From the NCBI RefSeq assembly GCF_009914755.1, contig NC_060935.1: 64,000 bases of DNA. The stretch is one strand, 5' to 3'. This DNA comes from the human T2T-CHM13v2.0 reference genome, Homo sapiens. A program made the position numbers and the translations under genes. How positions within the stretch are numbered: the stretch's first letter is position 1; each line of letters opens with the position of its first letter. Of this stretch, positions 19,864-35,183 are shown in pieces. The notes below the pieces were generated by a model. The model was not told where the DNA came from, searched no databases, and saw only the letters and a list, made by a program, of their open reading frames with translations.

Positions 19864-19981
19864 AATTATATATATATATATATATATCCAATTTTATATA
19901 TATATATATCCAATTATATATATATATATCTCCAATTATACATATATATATCTCCAATTATACATATATATATATATATAA
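19812..19981. repeat. Compound (TA)n / TCCAATT tandem repeat
   Basis: ~25 pure TA units then five (TA)n blocks each started by tccaatt. Confidence 0.95.
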
Positions 19982-21649
19982 TGAGGATTCTATATTATAA
20001 TACATGTAGAGTTCTTAGCACAGTGCCTTACATATAGTTAGCTCTCCATAAATGGTAGCTACTATTCTGAGCTTACTTTACATCTGACTTTTGGTTTTAG
20101 TAAGTGAAATGCTAAGTAGGATTACATTCTCATGGTTTTGAAGGGTGTGTGGTTGCACTGTGTTACCCTATCTGAAGTTCAGGTAGCCTCTGTGACATCT
20201 CAGCGGCCTCAAAGATGGGGTCCTGGCAGTCAAACTGCTGCTGTCCCAAGCATCCCTTGCCAATATCTTCTGGCCTCCGAATCCACTGGCTGTCATGAGC
20301 CCAGCAGCTGCTAAAGTTTAGATACATACGCATGGAGAGCCAGTGAGAGACACATAGCGCTATGCTCCCTCCAAAACTCACGCTTGTTGCCTTATTTCAC
20401 ATCGGTTGTGAATGCCTCGGTTGTGGGAATGATGGCTGAGGGTGGTGTGCGCTGCTAGTGGAAGAGGATTCTCCTTAGGGTACAGCACCTGGGAGAGTTG
20501 AGTCAGACTTGTCATCTTGCGCTCTGTAATATGCTACTAATATCATAGTATTTCCGAGCTGAGGAACTTGATCATTGGGCCCGATCTTCTCACTTCTGCG
20601 AAAGGCTGAAGCCCAGAGTGCTTAAATGGTTTACCGAAGGCCACGAAGCAAAGTAGCGGTAAAGCCAGAACCAAACCCCGGGTCTTCCGGACTCCTCCCC
20701 TAGGCAGGATTCTCCCCCTGGGTTATGCTCATTTCCAGCAAATGAAAGGTCATGGTTAACTTGTTGTCCAGATATGTTTGCCTCTCTCCAAAACGGAGTT
20801 TTTCTCCTGAGAGGTTCATCACTGGAAAAACGAAACCACATGGCTGTGTGTTCTGCTCTGTGCCTTTGCCGGGCCTTTCCTGCAGAGAATTCTGGTAACA
20901 TCATCAAGAAGCAGGAAGGAGCTTTTACAAGGTGGCTCTGACTCCTTTTCTTTCCTCTCAAATTTTATACAACTATTTGAAGCTGGCTTTTGTAAGTTAA
21001 AGTCACTCTTTTCTGGACAAATCTTCTGCAGCCAAGCAGCATTTCTCTGACTTCCTTGGGTGCAAACTAGAGGAAACTGGCCTTTGTTAGCTCAGATGCT
21101 TTCAACACAGGCTGTGAGTGAAGAAAGAGCAGCTGTAACCCCTTTCCTCTCGTGCAGGGAATGCAGTTATAAAAACCAGGCCAATGTTTTCTCCCACCGG
21201 GGTGCTGCTGGACTCTCACTTAGCTCCTCAGTCAATTTAAGGCTTAAAATCTTTATTGAAAAGTGTTTTTATTCAGCTTTCAAAGATACCAGTTCATCTG
21301 TTATTGCTGTAGCCACCCACCACTTGCGGGAAAATCCCAAAATGTGGGTATTTTACAAATGAAAAAGAGACATTTCTGGAATCAATGAAAAGGCTGCCTT
21401 GCCTGGCCTTCTGCTGGGTAGATGTGGAGCTGGTGATTTTGCTGAGTCCCCTGGCTTGAGCAAAAGGCTGTGATGGCCATTTGTGACGGGGTTCTGTGTT
21501 TTGGGCAGGGTTTGCTTGGTGGCTTAGCTGGGCTCTCAAAGGACACAATCAGTGCTACCCCCAGGCAGGCCCAGATCCATCTGCCCAGGATCTGGCTTCT
21601 GATCATGAAGGAGGGCGGTAGGTCAGACAGGATAAGCTCAGAGTCCAGG

Positions 21650-21870
21650 CCAGAGTGGTAGTTAAGAACACTGGAGCTTTTCAGGCCTCGTTCCATGTGC
21701 TGGCTCTGCCACTTACAGAACCTTGGACAAGTGATTTAATCTCCCTAAGCCTAAGCCCAGATTTCCTCACTTGGAAATTGGCATCAATAGAAGTACCTAC
21801 CTCACAAGATGGGGATAATTAAATTAGATAATGTTGACAGAGTGCCTGGCAGATAGTAGGTACTCCATAT
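21650..21870 (+). mobile_element. MIR
   Basis: ggctctgccactta..ccttggacaagtgatttaatctc..tacctacctca. Confidence 0.72.
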
Positions 21871-22525
21871 AAGTCAGCAATAAATTTAATATGTTTATGG
21901 TTTTACTGACCTCAACTCCAGGGACTTTTGGGATTGCTAAGAGAAGAAAGATGAATATTTTCTTACTAAACATTAGTAAAATATTTTCTTGCTAAACATT
22001 CATTCTTTTCTTGAGACAGTATTTAATATCTATTGATTACTCACTGTAAGATGCCAACCACTCTCTAAACCTTGGGGACACAAAAACAAGAAGCTCATAA
22101 TTTACCGAATTACAGCAGCATAGAAACAAAGAATTGCAGAGATGTGGGATACACCCTACAGTAAAGGTGATATTCAGGGGGTATGGTGGGAACAGAGAGG
22201 AAGGAATGCACCCTTGGCTTGGAGAATGGGCCCCGTGAGCCTTCTCAGCAGGAATGTGGAAGACAGTTTGCATACTGCCGAGGGCACACTGGTCAAAGAC
22301 ACAGTATGTGCTAAAACTCAGAGAAGGGAAAGACAGGGTTTGTCTCATACGATCGGAGAATATGGGGAAATAGCCAGAGATGCTTTCATTCCACACATAT
22401 CTATGGAGTGTCAACTAATGCCAGGTACTGGCAACAGAAATAGAAGACACATTCCTCCCTTCAAGGAGTTTAGAGACTGGTAGGGAGAGAAAGGACAAGT
22501 GCATTTGTGATTATAGTGTGATAAG

Positions 22526-23011
22526 TGTCCGAGTGAAGAGACCACCAAACAGGTGGTGTGTGAGCAACAAGGCTGTTTATTTCACCTGGGTGCAGGTGGG
22601 GAGAGTCCGAAAAGAGAGTCAGCAAAGGGTGGTGGGATTATCATTAGTTCTTAGAGGTTTTGGGATGGGCAGTGGAGTTAGCAGCAATGTTTTGTGGGCA
22701 GGGGGTGGATCTCACAAAGTACATTCTCAAGGGTGGGGAGAATGGCAAAGAACCTTCTCAAGGGTGGGGAGAATGACAAAGAACCTTCTCAAGGGTGGGG
22801 AGAACTACAAAGAACCTTCTTAAGGGTGGGGGCGATTACAAAGTACATTGATCAGTTAGGGTGGGGCAGAAACAAATCACAATGGTGGAATGTCATCAGT
22901 TAAGGCTATTTTCACTTCTTTTGTGGATCTTCAGTTGCTTCAGGCCATCTGGATGTATACGTGCAGGTCACAGGAGATATGATGGCTTAGCTTGGGCTCA
23001 GAGGCCTGACA
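22526..23011 (-). mobile_element. HERV-H solo LTR (LTR7B/LTR7Y-type)
   Basis: Minus strand starts tgtcaggcctctgagcccaagctaagccatcat; 5-bp TSD ATAAG on both sides; TG...CA ends. Confidence 0.93.
22714..22870. repeat. ~31-bp tandem array inside LTR7 U3
   Basis: Four copies of acaaagaaccttctcaagggtggggagaat(g) variants plus a diverged fifth. Confidence 0.9.
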
Positions 23012-23202
23012 ATAAGTGTGTGGTGGGCACACTGAGAAGAACGTCTATTCTCCACCCAGAGTGGTAAGGAGAAACCATCAAGGGAAGATCACACACCTTA
23101 AGACTTGAAGATTTTAGAGTTGACCAGTTGGAGGAAAAGTAAAACATTCCAAGAAAGGTACAGAATGGACAAAGTCATGGAGGGATGAGTGGGCATGGGT
23201 CA

Positions 23203-23589
<387 letters not shown>

Positions 23590-24071
23590 TCATTCACCCA
23601 GTTGTGTTGTGTGCTTACAATTTTCCTATGTGACATTTGAAGCTCTGGGGATGCAACGATGGAGGCCCAGTCATAAGGTCGACTAGGGCACGCAGGTGGT
23701 ATCAGGTGGCCCATGCAGCCTGATTTGGGTGATATGTAGACGTGACATTAAGAAATGATGAATCACATAATGAACAATTTTTCTTTTTACAATTCTAATT
23801 ACAAAGGGTGAGGGGCTCAGTTCAGAGCCTATTATCTTTAAAACCTCTCTAGTACTTGTTAATCTCTTTTTTATGAGAGCTATAGGCCTTAGGTTCAGAA
23901 CACTGGCAGGGAGGGGATGTAACAAGAATTTAGTAAGATTCCTTTGTTTCCTTTTTTGTTTTGTTTTTTTAATGGCAAGTGGTACTAGTTTTCTGTTTAT
24001 GGTAAAAATAACATTTTCTTCAAAAGTTATTTGAATAAAAGTAGATAGGTTATTTTAATGAAACTTACTCA

Positions 24072-24237
24072 GGCCAGCATGGTGGCACATGCCTGTAGTC
24101 CCAGCTACTCAGGAAGCTGGGGTGGGAGGATCGCTTGAGCCTGAGAGTTGTAGGCTGCAGTGTGCCATGATTGTATGTGTGAATAGGCACTGCAGTCCAG
24201 TCTGGGCAATATAGCAAGACTCTGTCTCTAAAAAAAC
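24072..24237 (+). mobile_element. FAM (fossil Alu monomer)
   Basis: Monomer retaining the gtgaatag.cactgca segment absent from dimeric Alus. Confidence 0.75.
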
Positions 24238-24528
24238 TTGGAAGGAAGGAAGGAAGGAAGTTACTTAAATATAGTACAGTATAGATATTGATATAGAAAA
24301 ATTAATGGGTTGATGGTAGAAATGGCTGAAGTCTTGGAAATGCTGTTATTGATAATCGGAAGCCAGTGGAGGGAGTTTTAAGTTTTAAGGGTTTTAAGCA
24401 CAGGGCAAGGAAGAGCTCCTAAAACAAGCCTTGTTTGGACTGTGGGTTCCTTGAGTGTCAAGATTTAGTGTGCCACAGTGGATTTGAAAACCCTAGCTGT
24501 TAGCATAGAACACTTAGCCTGTGCTTAA

Positions 24529-24933
<405 letters not shown>

Positions 24934-25592
24934 TAAAATTCAAAACCTTGCATTTATTTCTTCTATCCACTCCTGTCATCACTCAGTTGCATGGATGCCT
25001 GGAAGGAGCTTGAAGCTCTGGCATGATCTGATCAGAGCCTGCGGATGGGTGGGAGTTTCCAGTACTCGTGCCAGCAGGCTGGTGAGCATATGCATCCGGC
25101 TCCTCCTCTGCAAACATGCTGAGTCCTCCCAACCTTGATAACGCTTCAACCCCTTCTGGGAATATCTCCTTGAGTGGTGAATGCTAATAAGTGTCTGATG
25201 CTGTCGCCATTTCAGTAGCTCTTAGGAGACTCTGTGGTTTTCTTTCCTTTTTTTTCTTTTCTTTTTTACTTTTTCCCCGTTATCCATCAGCATTTATGCA
25301 CATCGTGTTTTATGCATTGTGATCCTCTTAGTGCCTTGGATATGTTGTTTGGACCTTCAGTTACACAGTGCCTCACTCCCTGGAGGTCTAATGATGCTCA
25401 GGAAAGACAGAGAAAAGAACTGCCTTGCAGCATTTTTGCATCAACACATTGATTCCTACATCCCAGCCATGCCCAAAGTGGTTAAAAAATGAAGTTTTCA
25501 TTTAGAGCTACGGGTGGTAGTTTAGAACTGTTGGGAAGTTACTAAATAGTCACATTGAGCTTATGTTTCCACTCAGCCTGATAACCAAATAG

Positions 25593-25906
<314 letters not shown>

Positions 25907-25981
25907 CCAAATAGTTTTTAATTTCTCGGTAATAAGCCGGCAGGATTTTAACCTTAATGAGGATTTCTTCAGGGCCCTACG

Positions 25982-26272
25982 TTTCTTTTTCTTTTTTCTT
26001 TTTTTTTTTTTTGTTTTTGAGATGAAGACTCGTTCTGTCACCCAGGCTGGAGTGCAACCTCTGCCTCCCGGGTTCAAGCGATTCTCCTGCCTCAGCCTCC
26101 TGAGTAGCTTGGATTATAGGCACCTGCCACCATGCCCAGCTAATTTTTGCATTTTTAGTCGAGACAGGGTTTCACCATGTTGGCTAGGCTGGTCTCAAAT
26201 GCCTGACCTCTGGTGATCCACCTGGTACTCCTAAAGTGCCAGGATTACAGGAGTGAGCCACTGCACCCAACC
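25982..26272 (-). mobile_element. AluS with internal deletions
   Basis: ggagtgcaacctctgcc junction lacks ~24 nt of consensus. Confidence 0.9.
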
Positions 26273-26899
26273 AATACTACATTTCTAAATCTGTATTTTC
26301 AAAGACTTTAGCTAAAGACTAGAATGTGTAAGTTGCACGTGTGTCCGAGCTATGCCCACCCTTTCCTGGGCCGTGTTTAGTACCGCAGCCACATCAGAGC
26401 AGAATTGCAGGTGGCTAATGGCCCCTGCCTTCCCATCTGTACAGAATACACGGAGAGCACCCCAGTTCTAGGGCAGGCCGGAGTCTGTTGACAGACATTT
26501 CTCCTTATCTTGTTTTCACATCAGCTGCAGCACGATTTCTGTTCAGAGCAAGCGTGGGTGGGGGTTCCTCCCGCCCTGCCCTGTGCTAGCTGTTAAAATA
26601 GGAGGGTGGTTTACCGTATTGTTTTTCAAGTAAAGATCAGGCCACCAGGAGTTGGTGACTCCAGTGGGTCACTGGCGGTGTTTGTTCATAGCAAAGAAAA
26701 GTCAGCCCAGCTCTTTTGGGGATACATCAGTAATCTACATAGCAGCCATTTGATTTTGAAGATTAGGGTTTGGGGGGGAAGTTTGAAGTTTTGTTTGACT
26801 GCTAAGAGGAATTAGATAGCTCTCAAAACATTTTTCAAACTCAAGTAATTGGACTCTCCAAACAACGGGAATGGTGGCATAACAGACCACTAACATTTC

Positions 26900-27270
26900 A
26901 ATTGCGCTTTCCAATCGACAAAGTACTTTTACATATGTGATTATTCCCTTTATTACAGAAGAGAAAACTGAAGCTCAGAAATCCCAGCTATTCAGGGGGC
27001 TGAGGCATGATAATCGCTTGAACTGGGAGGTGGAGGTTGCAGTGAGCCGAGATCGCAACATTGCACTCCAGCATGGGCTACAAGAGCAAAACTCCGTCTC
27101 AAATAAATAAATAAATAAAATCCCAGTATATGGTCTGCACACACTACACATTTATACCCACAACTTCAGATTAAAGTGAACATTAATGACCGTACTGAAG
27201 CAAATAGAGTTCCAGAGATTTCTAGTGACTGAGGGCGCTAGAATTCGAACCCAGATCCACTGCCTCCCAC
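26900..27270 (-). mobile_element. MIR interrupted by an inverted duplication
   Basis: ttacagaagagaaaactgaagctcaga | insert | ctagtg..gaattcgaacccag. Confidence 0.7.
26983..27217 (+). repeat. Inverted duplication 1, upstream (derived) arm
   Basis: Reverse complement of 28417-28651; 235 bp, 6 mismatches, no indels by hand alignment. Confidence 0.95.
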
Positions 27271-28416
27271 TTCTGGATCCTTTTTCCTCCACCATCCTCC
27301 CTCACACTTGTTTCCATCTTCTTGTCCAATGTGAATTGTTTATTTGCTGCTTCAGCATACAGCACCTCAGTACCTTGATAGTCAGGACTTAGGTTGGGCA
27401 GGATAGCCACATTAAATAAGCAAGGATTGAGTCATTGCGTTGCACCATAGATACATGGGTTTACAGCAACTTAGAATAAAGAAAAGAGGAAGCAGCTGCT
27501 GTGCTGGGAGCTTCATAGACCTGACACTGTCCAAGGGGGAGTATATTTATATACCTCCTCATTTAATTCTCAAACAGCCTCCGGAAACACATTCTCTCAT
27601 TTTCATCTGACAGTTAAGAGCACTGGGGCGTGGCGATGTAAGGAAACTTGCCGAAAGTTGCATAACGAGTCAGTGATGGAGCCTGCATTTGAACCTAGAT
27701 TTGTCTCATTCCAAAGCCAGCCCTGTCCAACCCGCACATTCTCTCAGTGAGGAAACCAGGGTGGTGGAATGACTGCTCTGGCAAATTAAGGGCAGAGCTG
27801 GGCTCAGCCACGTAGTCTCAGTGTTCTTGCCAGTATACCTGGCAGATCTCTTCTCTTAGAGTTGGAATTCTCCTCTGTCGTATTAGATGAAAAGTTGTCA
27901 ACACTGCAGATGACCTCCTCTCCCCCTACCCATACCCCCATAGTCACGCCAAATTTTTGTTGCAATTCACACCAGGCATGGATTTCTATCTTCTGTTGCT
28001 CCCCACCTTCCAAAATCTTCCATGCCCCTCATCTAGGCTCTGGCAAAAGTTGTTCCCAAGTAACACTATGTGACCATTTGAATTTTACATTTTCTCCCCA
28101 CCTTGCAACAAGGCAGGAGAGAATGGCTTTGGAACTATAGAAAATTAGGATGGTATAAGGCTAAAGAAGAGCAAGAAGATGGATGCATTATGTAATGAAA
28201 ACTGCACTCACAGTATGGGAGAGCCTGGGGCATATGTTTGGTAAGGCAGGTGCCAGCTGTGAGGATACTAGAAACCAGGTGTGGGAGCATCCTGGGTGCC
28301 GTGTGTGGAGGCTCACTGAGTTGCTACAATGGTCAGAACCTAAAGCTAGTTCCCTAACTCCCAATGATCCCACAGCCCCCACATTCCATCCACCCGACAC
28401 CCAGCACTCCCCATGC

Positions 28417-28651
28417 CTCTGGAAATCTATTTGCTTCAGTACGGTCATTAATGTTCACTTTAATCTGAAGTTGTGGTTATAAATGTGTAGTGTGTGCAGA
28501 CCATATACTGGGATTTTATTTATTTATTTATTTGAGATGGAGTTTTGCTCTTGTAGCCCATGCTGGAGTGCAATGTTGCGATCTCGGCTCGCTGCAACAT
28601 CCACCTCCCAGTTCAAGCGATTATCGTGCCTCAGCCCCCTGAATAGCTGGG
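28417..28651 (-). repeat. Inverted duplication 1, downstream (donor) arm
   Basis: ~97 bp unique flank plus Alu tail and right arm. Confidence 0.95.
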
Positions 28652-28813
28652 GCTGCAGGTGCCCAGCACCACACCCAGCTAATTTTCGTATTTTTAGTAG
28701 AGACGGGGTTTCTCCATGTTGGCCAGGCTGGTCTCGAACTCCTGACCTCAGGTGATCCACCTGCCTTGGCCTCCCGAAGTGCTGGGATTCCAGGCGTGAG
28801 CCACTGCGCCCGG
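28514..28813 (-). mobile_element. AluSq/Sp-like, full length
   Basis: Antisense dimer; flanking tgggatt repeat. Confidence 0.93.
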
Positions 28814-29167
28814 ATTGGGATTATTTTTAAATCTTTTCGCCCCTGATGGAGGAGGGGCATGGGAGGGAACTGGTATCTATTAGGTGCCTGCTGTACCTAG
28901 GTTATTTTATTTAATCCTCATGGCAACACTCAGTGTCTTACAGATGGAAAAATGTGATCTTCATCTTAGAGAACTCACAACTCAGAGGAGTGTGGCACGT
29001 GGAGTCACAGAATTGAGTTTGAATCTTAGGAAGCTGCTATGTGTTCTTGGCATTTCCTGCAACCTCTATGCTATCTCTTCTTCTGTGAAATGCCTGTGGA
29101 TAATATTATCCACCTTCCAAAATTATTGTGAGAAACACATCAGATGACTGATTTTTCTTTTTAAATC

Positions 29168-29183
29168 TTTCTTTCTTTCTTTC

Positions 29184-29227
<44 letters not shown>

Positions 29228-29535
29228 TTCTTTCTTTCCTTTCTTTTTTTTTTGAAACAAGGTCTCCCTCTGTCACCAGGCTGTAGTGCAGTGGTGCAAT
29301 CTCTGGTTACTGCAACCTCCGCCTCCAGGGCTCAAGCGATCCTCCCACCTCAGCCTCCTGAGTAGCTAGGACTAGAGGCAAATGCCATGACAGCCAGATA
29401 ATTTTTGTATTTTTTTGTAGAGACATGGTTTCGCCATGTTGCCCTGGCTGGTCTTGAACTCCTGAGCTCAAGTAATCTACCTGCCTCGGCCTCCCAAAGT
29501 GCTGGGATTACAGGCATGAGTCACCATGCCCAGCC
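29168..29535 (-). mobile_element. AluJ with (TTTC)n tail
   Basis: gctcaagcgatcctcccacc J-type; tail microsatellite 29168-29250. Confidence 0.93.
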
Positions 29536-30047
29536 CAGATGACTGATATTTCAATGTCTTGTAATCTATTAAGGTTTACGTAAATATTATTGTTTAGCTT
29601 TGGAAATCGATCAAGGAATTGACAATGGTACCCAGAGCCCAGCAGTGGAACTAGAGGTCGTGTTGTTGGTGGTGCTTTATTCACTTGGCCGTATTCAGTG
29701 GGTAGGTTTGCAGCATGAGGTATCATGTGTGGGTACTAGCGGAGACCCGACATGCTGCACATCTGAGAGGCCAAGAGAAACTGAGGTAACCATCATTCCC
29801 CCGGGAGCAGCACCGCTGTTGGAGTGAGGAAGAGGTCAGTCTCTTATGATTAGGTAGAGATCCAATTCCTCAACACTTTGAACTAGCACAAAGTCCCCAG
29901 TGCTGAATGAGATGGGCTGACATCATAAGCTTTGTCTCCTCCTTTGTTTAGGCTCTGACCAGAGTTACACATGGTGAGTCCATTTTTAAAATTCATTTCC
30001 CAAGTTTGGGATTTTGTTAAGCTTTATGGTTTAGTGGATACAGTTAA

Positions 30048-30491
<444 letters not shown>

Positions 30492-31503
30492 TAGAGGAAG
30501 TGTGTTTCTGACAGGTGAGAGAACACTTCATGTAGGGTGAACAGTAAACTGTCCCAGACAGGGATGTGCTATGTAGATGAGCACTGGGAAGCCTGTGTTT
30601 TCTCAGAGCTCCTGAAGACACCCTGCTCCGCATTAAACCAGAATCATCACGTCTCATCACAAAAAGAACATTAGTGTTATGGGGTATATTTTCTGTTTCA
30701 TATTAAAAATTCCCAACCCCCAGCATTCTGACCCTGTCAAGCCCACGGGCTGCTACTAATTTGCATGGTTGTGTGATTTGTGTGATTCTGCTCCATCTGC
30801 TTTGAATTTCTTGGCTTCTTTGTCCAAGACGTTAATAACTCTAGTCATTTCTTGTGAGGATTTAAGGATGTTATTGATTGATTTTGGATTACAAAGAAAC
30901 AAAAAGACAGTAGGCAATGTTCTAATTGGGTCTTCTTATTGTGCACTGTAGCCTGAATCCCCCAGGGTAATTAATATGAAGTGCAAAAAGTTGAATGTTC
31001 CAGTCTAAAAGGCAGTGGGAGAAATTACATAGCATGGAAATAATAAAATGAACTCTTATTAATGAGAACGAGGCTCTTGCAGTGGCAAGTTCTGCTGGTC
31101 ACCCGATGGGGATGGGAGCCTTTCAAGCTTTTTTTTGGGTAATACTCACAGTTTCCAACGTCTGTGTACTTTTCAAAATGAGCTTGTTCTTCCTTCTGAC
31201 ACTCATCTCAAAGCTCCATGGTGACGCAGAGGTCTGTTGAAGGTCACAGGGTCCTCGCTTGCATTGGCATACGGTCCTGTAGCATCACTTGTTAGCCCAC
31301 TGCTGCTTGAAGGAACTAAGAGTATTCAGGGATAGAGAGCTGAAAATAGGATTAATTCTTTCCTTTTGACTCTCCCCTCAAGATGTCCTTGCTTTGGTCT
31401 GAAAACCTCTCCTGACAACTTTTGCCCAAAGCAAACCATCTGCCTTTTCTGAACTCTGAGTGAATATATTAGCATCTTCCCTTCTGAGCCCTCGTACTGC
31501 CAT

Positions 31504-31672
31504 GTTTGTTTGTTTGTTTGTTTCCAAGAAACTGTGTCTTGCTCTGTCACCCAGGCTGGCATGTAGTGGCATGATCATGCTCACCGCAGCCTCAAACTCC
31601 TGGGCTCACGTGATCCTCCTGCCTCGGCCTCCCAAAATGCTGGGATTACAAGTGTGAACCACCACGCCCAGC
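31504..31672 (-). mobile_element. Alu monomer (FRAM/AluJ-like)
   Basis: Single arm with (TTTG)n tail. Confidence 0.85.
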
Positions 31673-32159
31673 TGTAATGCCACATTTCAATCTTCCCTCC
31701 CAGTGAAGACGACCGTTTCTTTGAGGACAGATGCTGTGTTCTTTACTTCTCTATGTCTCCCTTAGTCCTAACATGTGGCTTCCAAGTAATGCAGCGTATG
31801 CTCAACCAAGAGGGATGGTCAGCAAACAGCCCATGAGGAAAAGTAGCATTTGTTCCTAGGAAAACCGAATTATTTGCTTTAGTAATGAATCCAAGTCCAA
31901 CATAGTTACGTGCAAGGAAACATTTCATCCAGAATACTAATGACATCAGCATGGAGAGAGAAGAGTCTAAAATAAAGATCTTTTTAAAGTACTTAAAGGA
32001 GGCCAGAGAATATCATCACATAAAGTATAATATAGGACCCTACCCCTACCAAGCACGGAGATCCCTTGCCTTCATCGTTCAAGGTCAGATTGGAGATTTC
32101 AGAGAACCCTAGGTTGCAAGAAACGTGTTTGGAGTTTTGGGGAACAGATAAAACAGTAA

Positions 32160-32479
<320 letters not shown>

Positions 32480-32799
32480 CAGATTTTTAACTCAGGAAAA
32501 ATTTATATTCTCCTCACTCATCTTTGAATTATACTAACATCATTAAATGAAGGAGTGGAATTGCTATAAAACTTACTACTAATCCTGATTTTGCATTCAC
32601 TCATCATTTGTTTTCTCATTTATTCACTCATTCTATAAACAAATTGGACACTCCCTCAAGATCAGTGCTGTATCTGATTCCTTTTGAAATGTCCTCTTTC
32701 CTCTTTCCCCCAAGCCTCGCCCACAGCAGGTACTTAGTAGATGTTTACTGAACAGGGTTGGTGGTGGACATGCCACTTCTTTGAAATATTTTTTTCTTT

Positions 32800-33201
<402 letters not shown>

Positions 33202-34156
33202 TTAGGTTTAGAAACTGGGGCAGTTTATTGATTTCAAAAAGAAGTTTAGATCATGTCTGAAATAGAAACTTTTAGACATTGTGAATAAGTGGGATTGTCT
33301 GAGACTCGAGGGTTAAACATAAAGTTCTTGGCATAAATATAATGTATTGTTTTATTGTACTTAAAGCCCCTTGTTTTTTGAAGACAAGCATCTCATGTCC
33401 CATGACACAGGAAATGACTGGGATTCTAAAAGCAAGAGAACATGGCGCCCTGATACTGGTTTAGTGGTTAGTGGAAAGATGCATTTCTCTAGGGTAGAAG
33501 AGAGACAGGTGATGGCATAAGCCGGGGATATGAACTCTAGGGACCTGGAATTCTTCAAATGTGACCTGCAGGCACTGGAGGGGCTGTCCTTCCCTATCTT
33601 ATGGACAAGATCTCTTGGCTTGGGGGACACTGTCTCCAAGGTGCTAATAGTCAAGACCTCAACAATGACTCACTTGGACTCGGAAACCAACCTAACTTAC
33701 TCAGGGTGCCTGCGGCGGTGGGGCTTTTGTAGACCAAAGCCAAGTTTTGCCAAAGGCAGCAAGTGCTTTATAAGCTGAATGGGCAACTTACAGGAACGAA
33801 AGCTGAGTGACCTTTTATTTACGGGCTGAGTCCTTGGCTTGAAACCTGCCAGTTGAACAGTCTAACTTGGTGTCATATGGAGCGTCTGAATCACAGTCTC
33901 CTGAGTCTTCCTCTGAGAAGGTGGCTGGAAGAAGTTCACATTTCTCAGCATTGAAAACACCTTCTGCTCTTTACCTCTGTTGAAGATGGCCTTACAAAAG
34001 GCTACGCGGGTCAGCCGTGAGTAGGAGAGTAGTTTCCAGGAGCACCTGAGCATGGGGGAACCGAAGGGCTTTAGTTGCAGAAGATAAGCGAATTCCCCGA
34101 GTGTCAGGTTGGTGGCGTGTTAGAGAGGCCACTTTCCTCAGAGAGGTTACAGATGA

Positions 34157-34477
<321 letters not shown>

Positions 34478-34812
34478 TAATAGAAAACTTTATTATGAGG
34501 TTTCTTTAAGGGCCGCACTTTCTCGAAGTGGCATTGGGTGAAAATAGGCAACTGTCTTATGTTTTCCTTATTTGGGGGGTTAGAAGAAAAGAAGGTCACT
34601 CTGATAAAAAGACCTATGGTTAAAGAAGGATTTGTTTTCAGGCTCTAAGCCTTGTTACTGTAACTATGGGAGGGAGCAGGCACTAACCTGGCCAACATAT
34701 GTTTGGGCCTTGGCTCTGCACAGACAGAAACTATCCCCGTGGACACAGTTTGCCCTCCTAGCTGCCAGCCGGACTCATGAGTCCCAGAGCTTTGAGGTTG
34801 CAGCTAAATCTA

Positions 34813-35183
<371 letters not shown>

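Noticed and set aside
19526-20037. ORFs with YIYIYI runs
   Set aside because: Translation of the (TA)n repeat.
22714-22870. Regularly spaced ~31-bp repeats resembling a CRISPR array
   Set aside because: Units are contiguous with no unique spacers and lie within a HERV-H LTR in primate DNA.
28590-28780. Several A-to-G changes in the donor Alu, suggesting an edited-RNA template
   Set aside because: Only about five sites; transitions are common and some involve CpG context.
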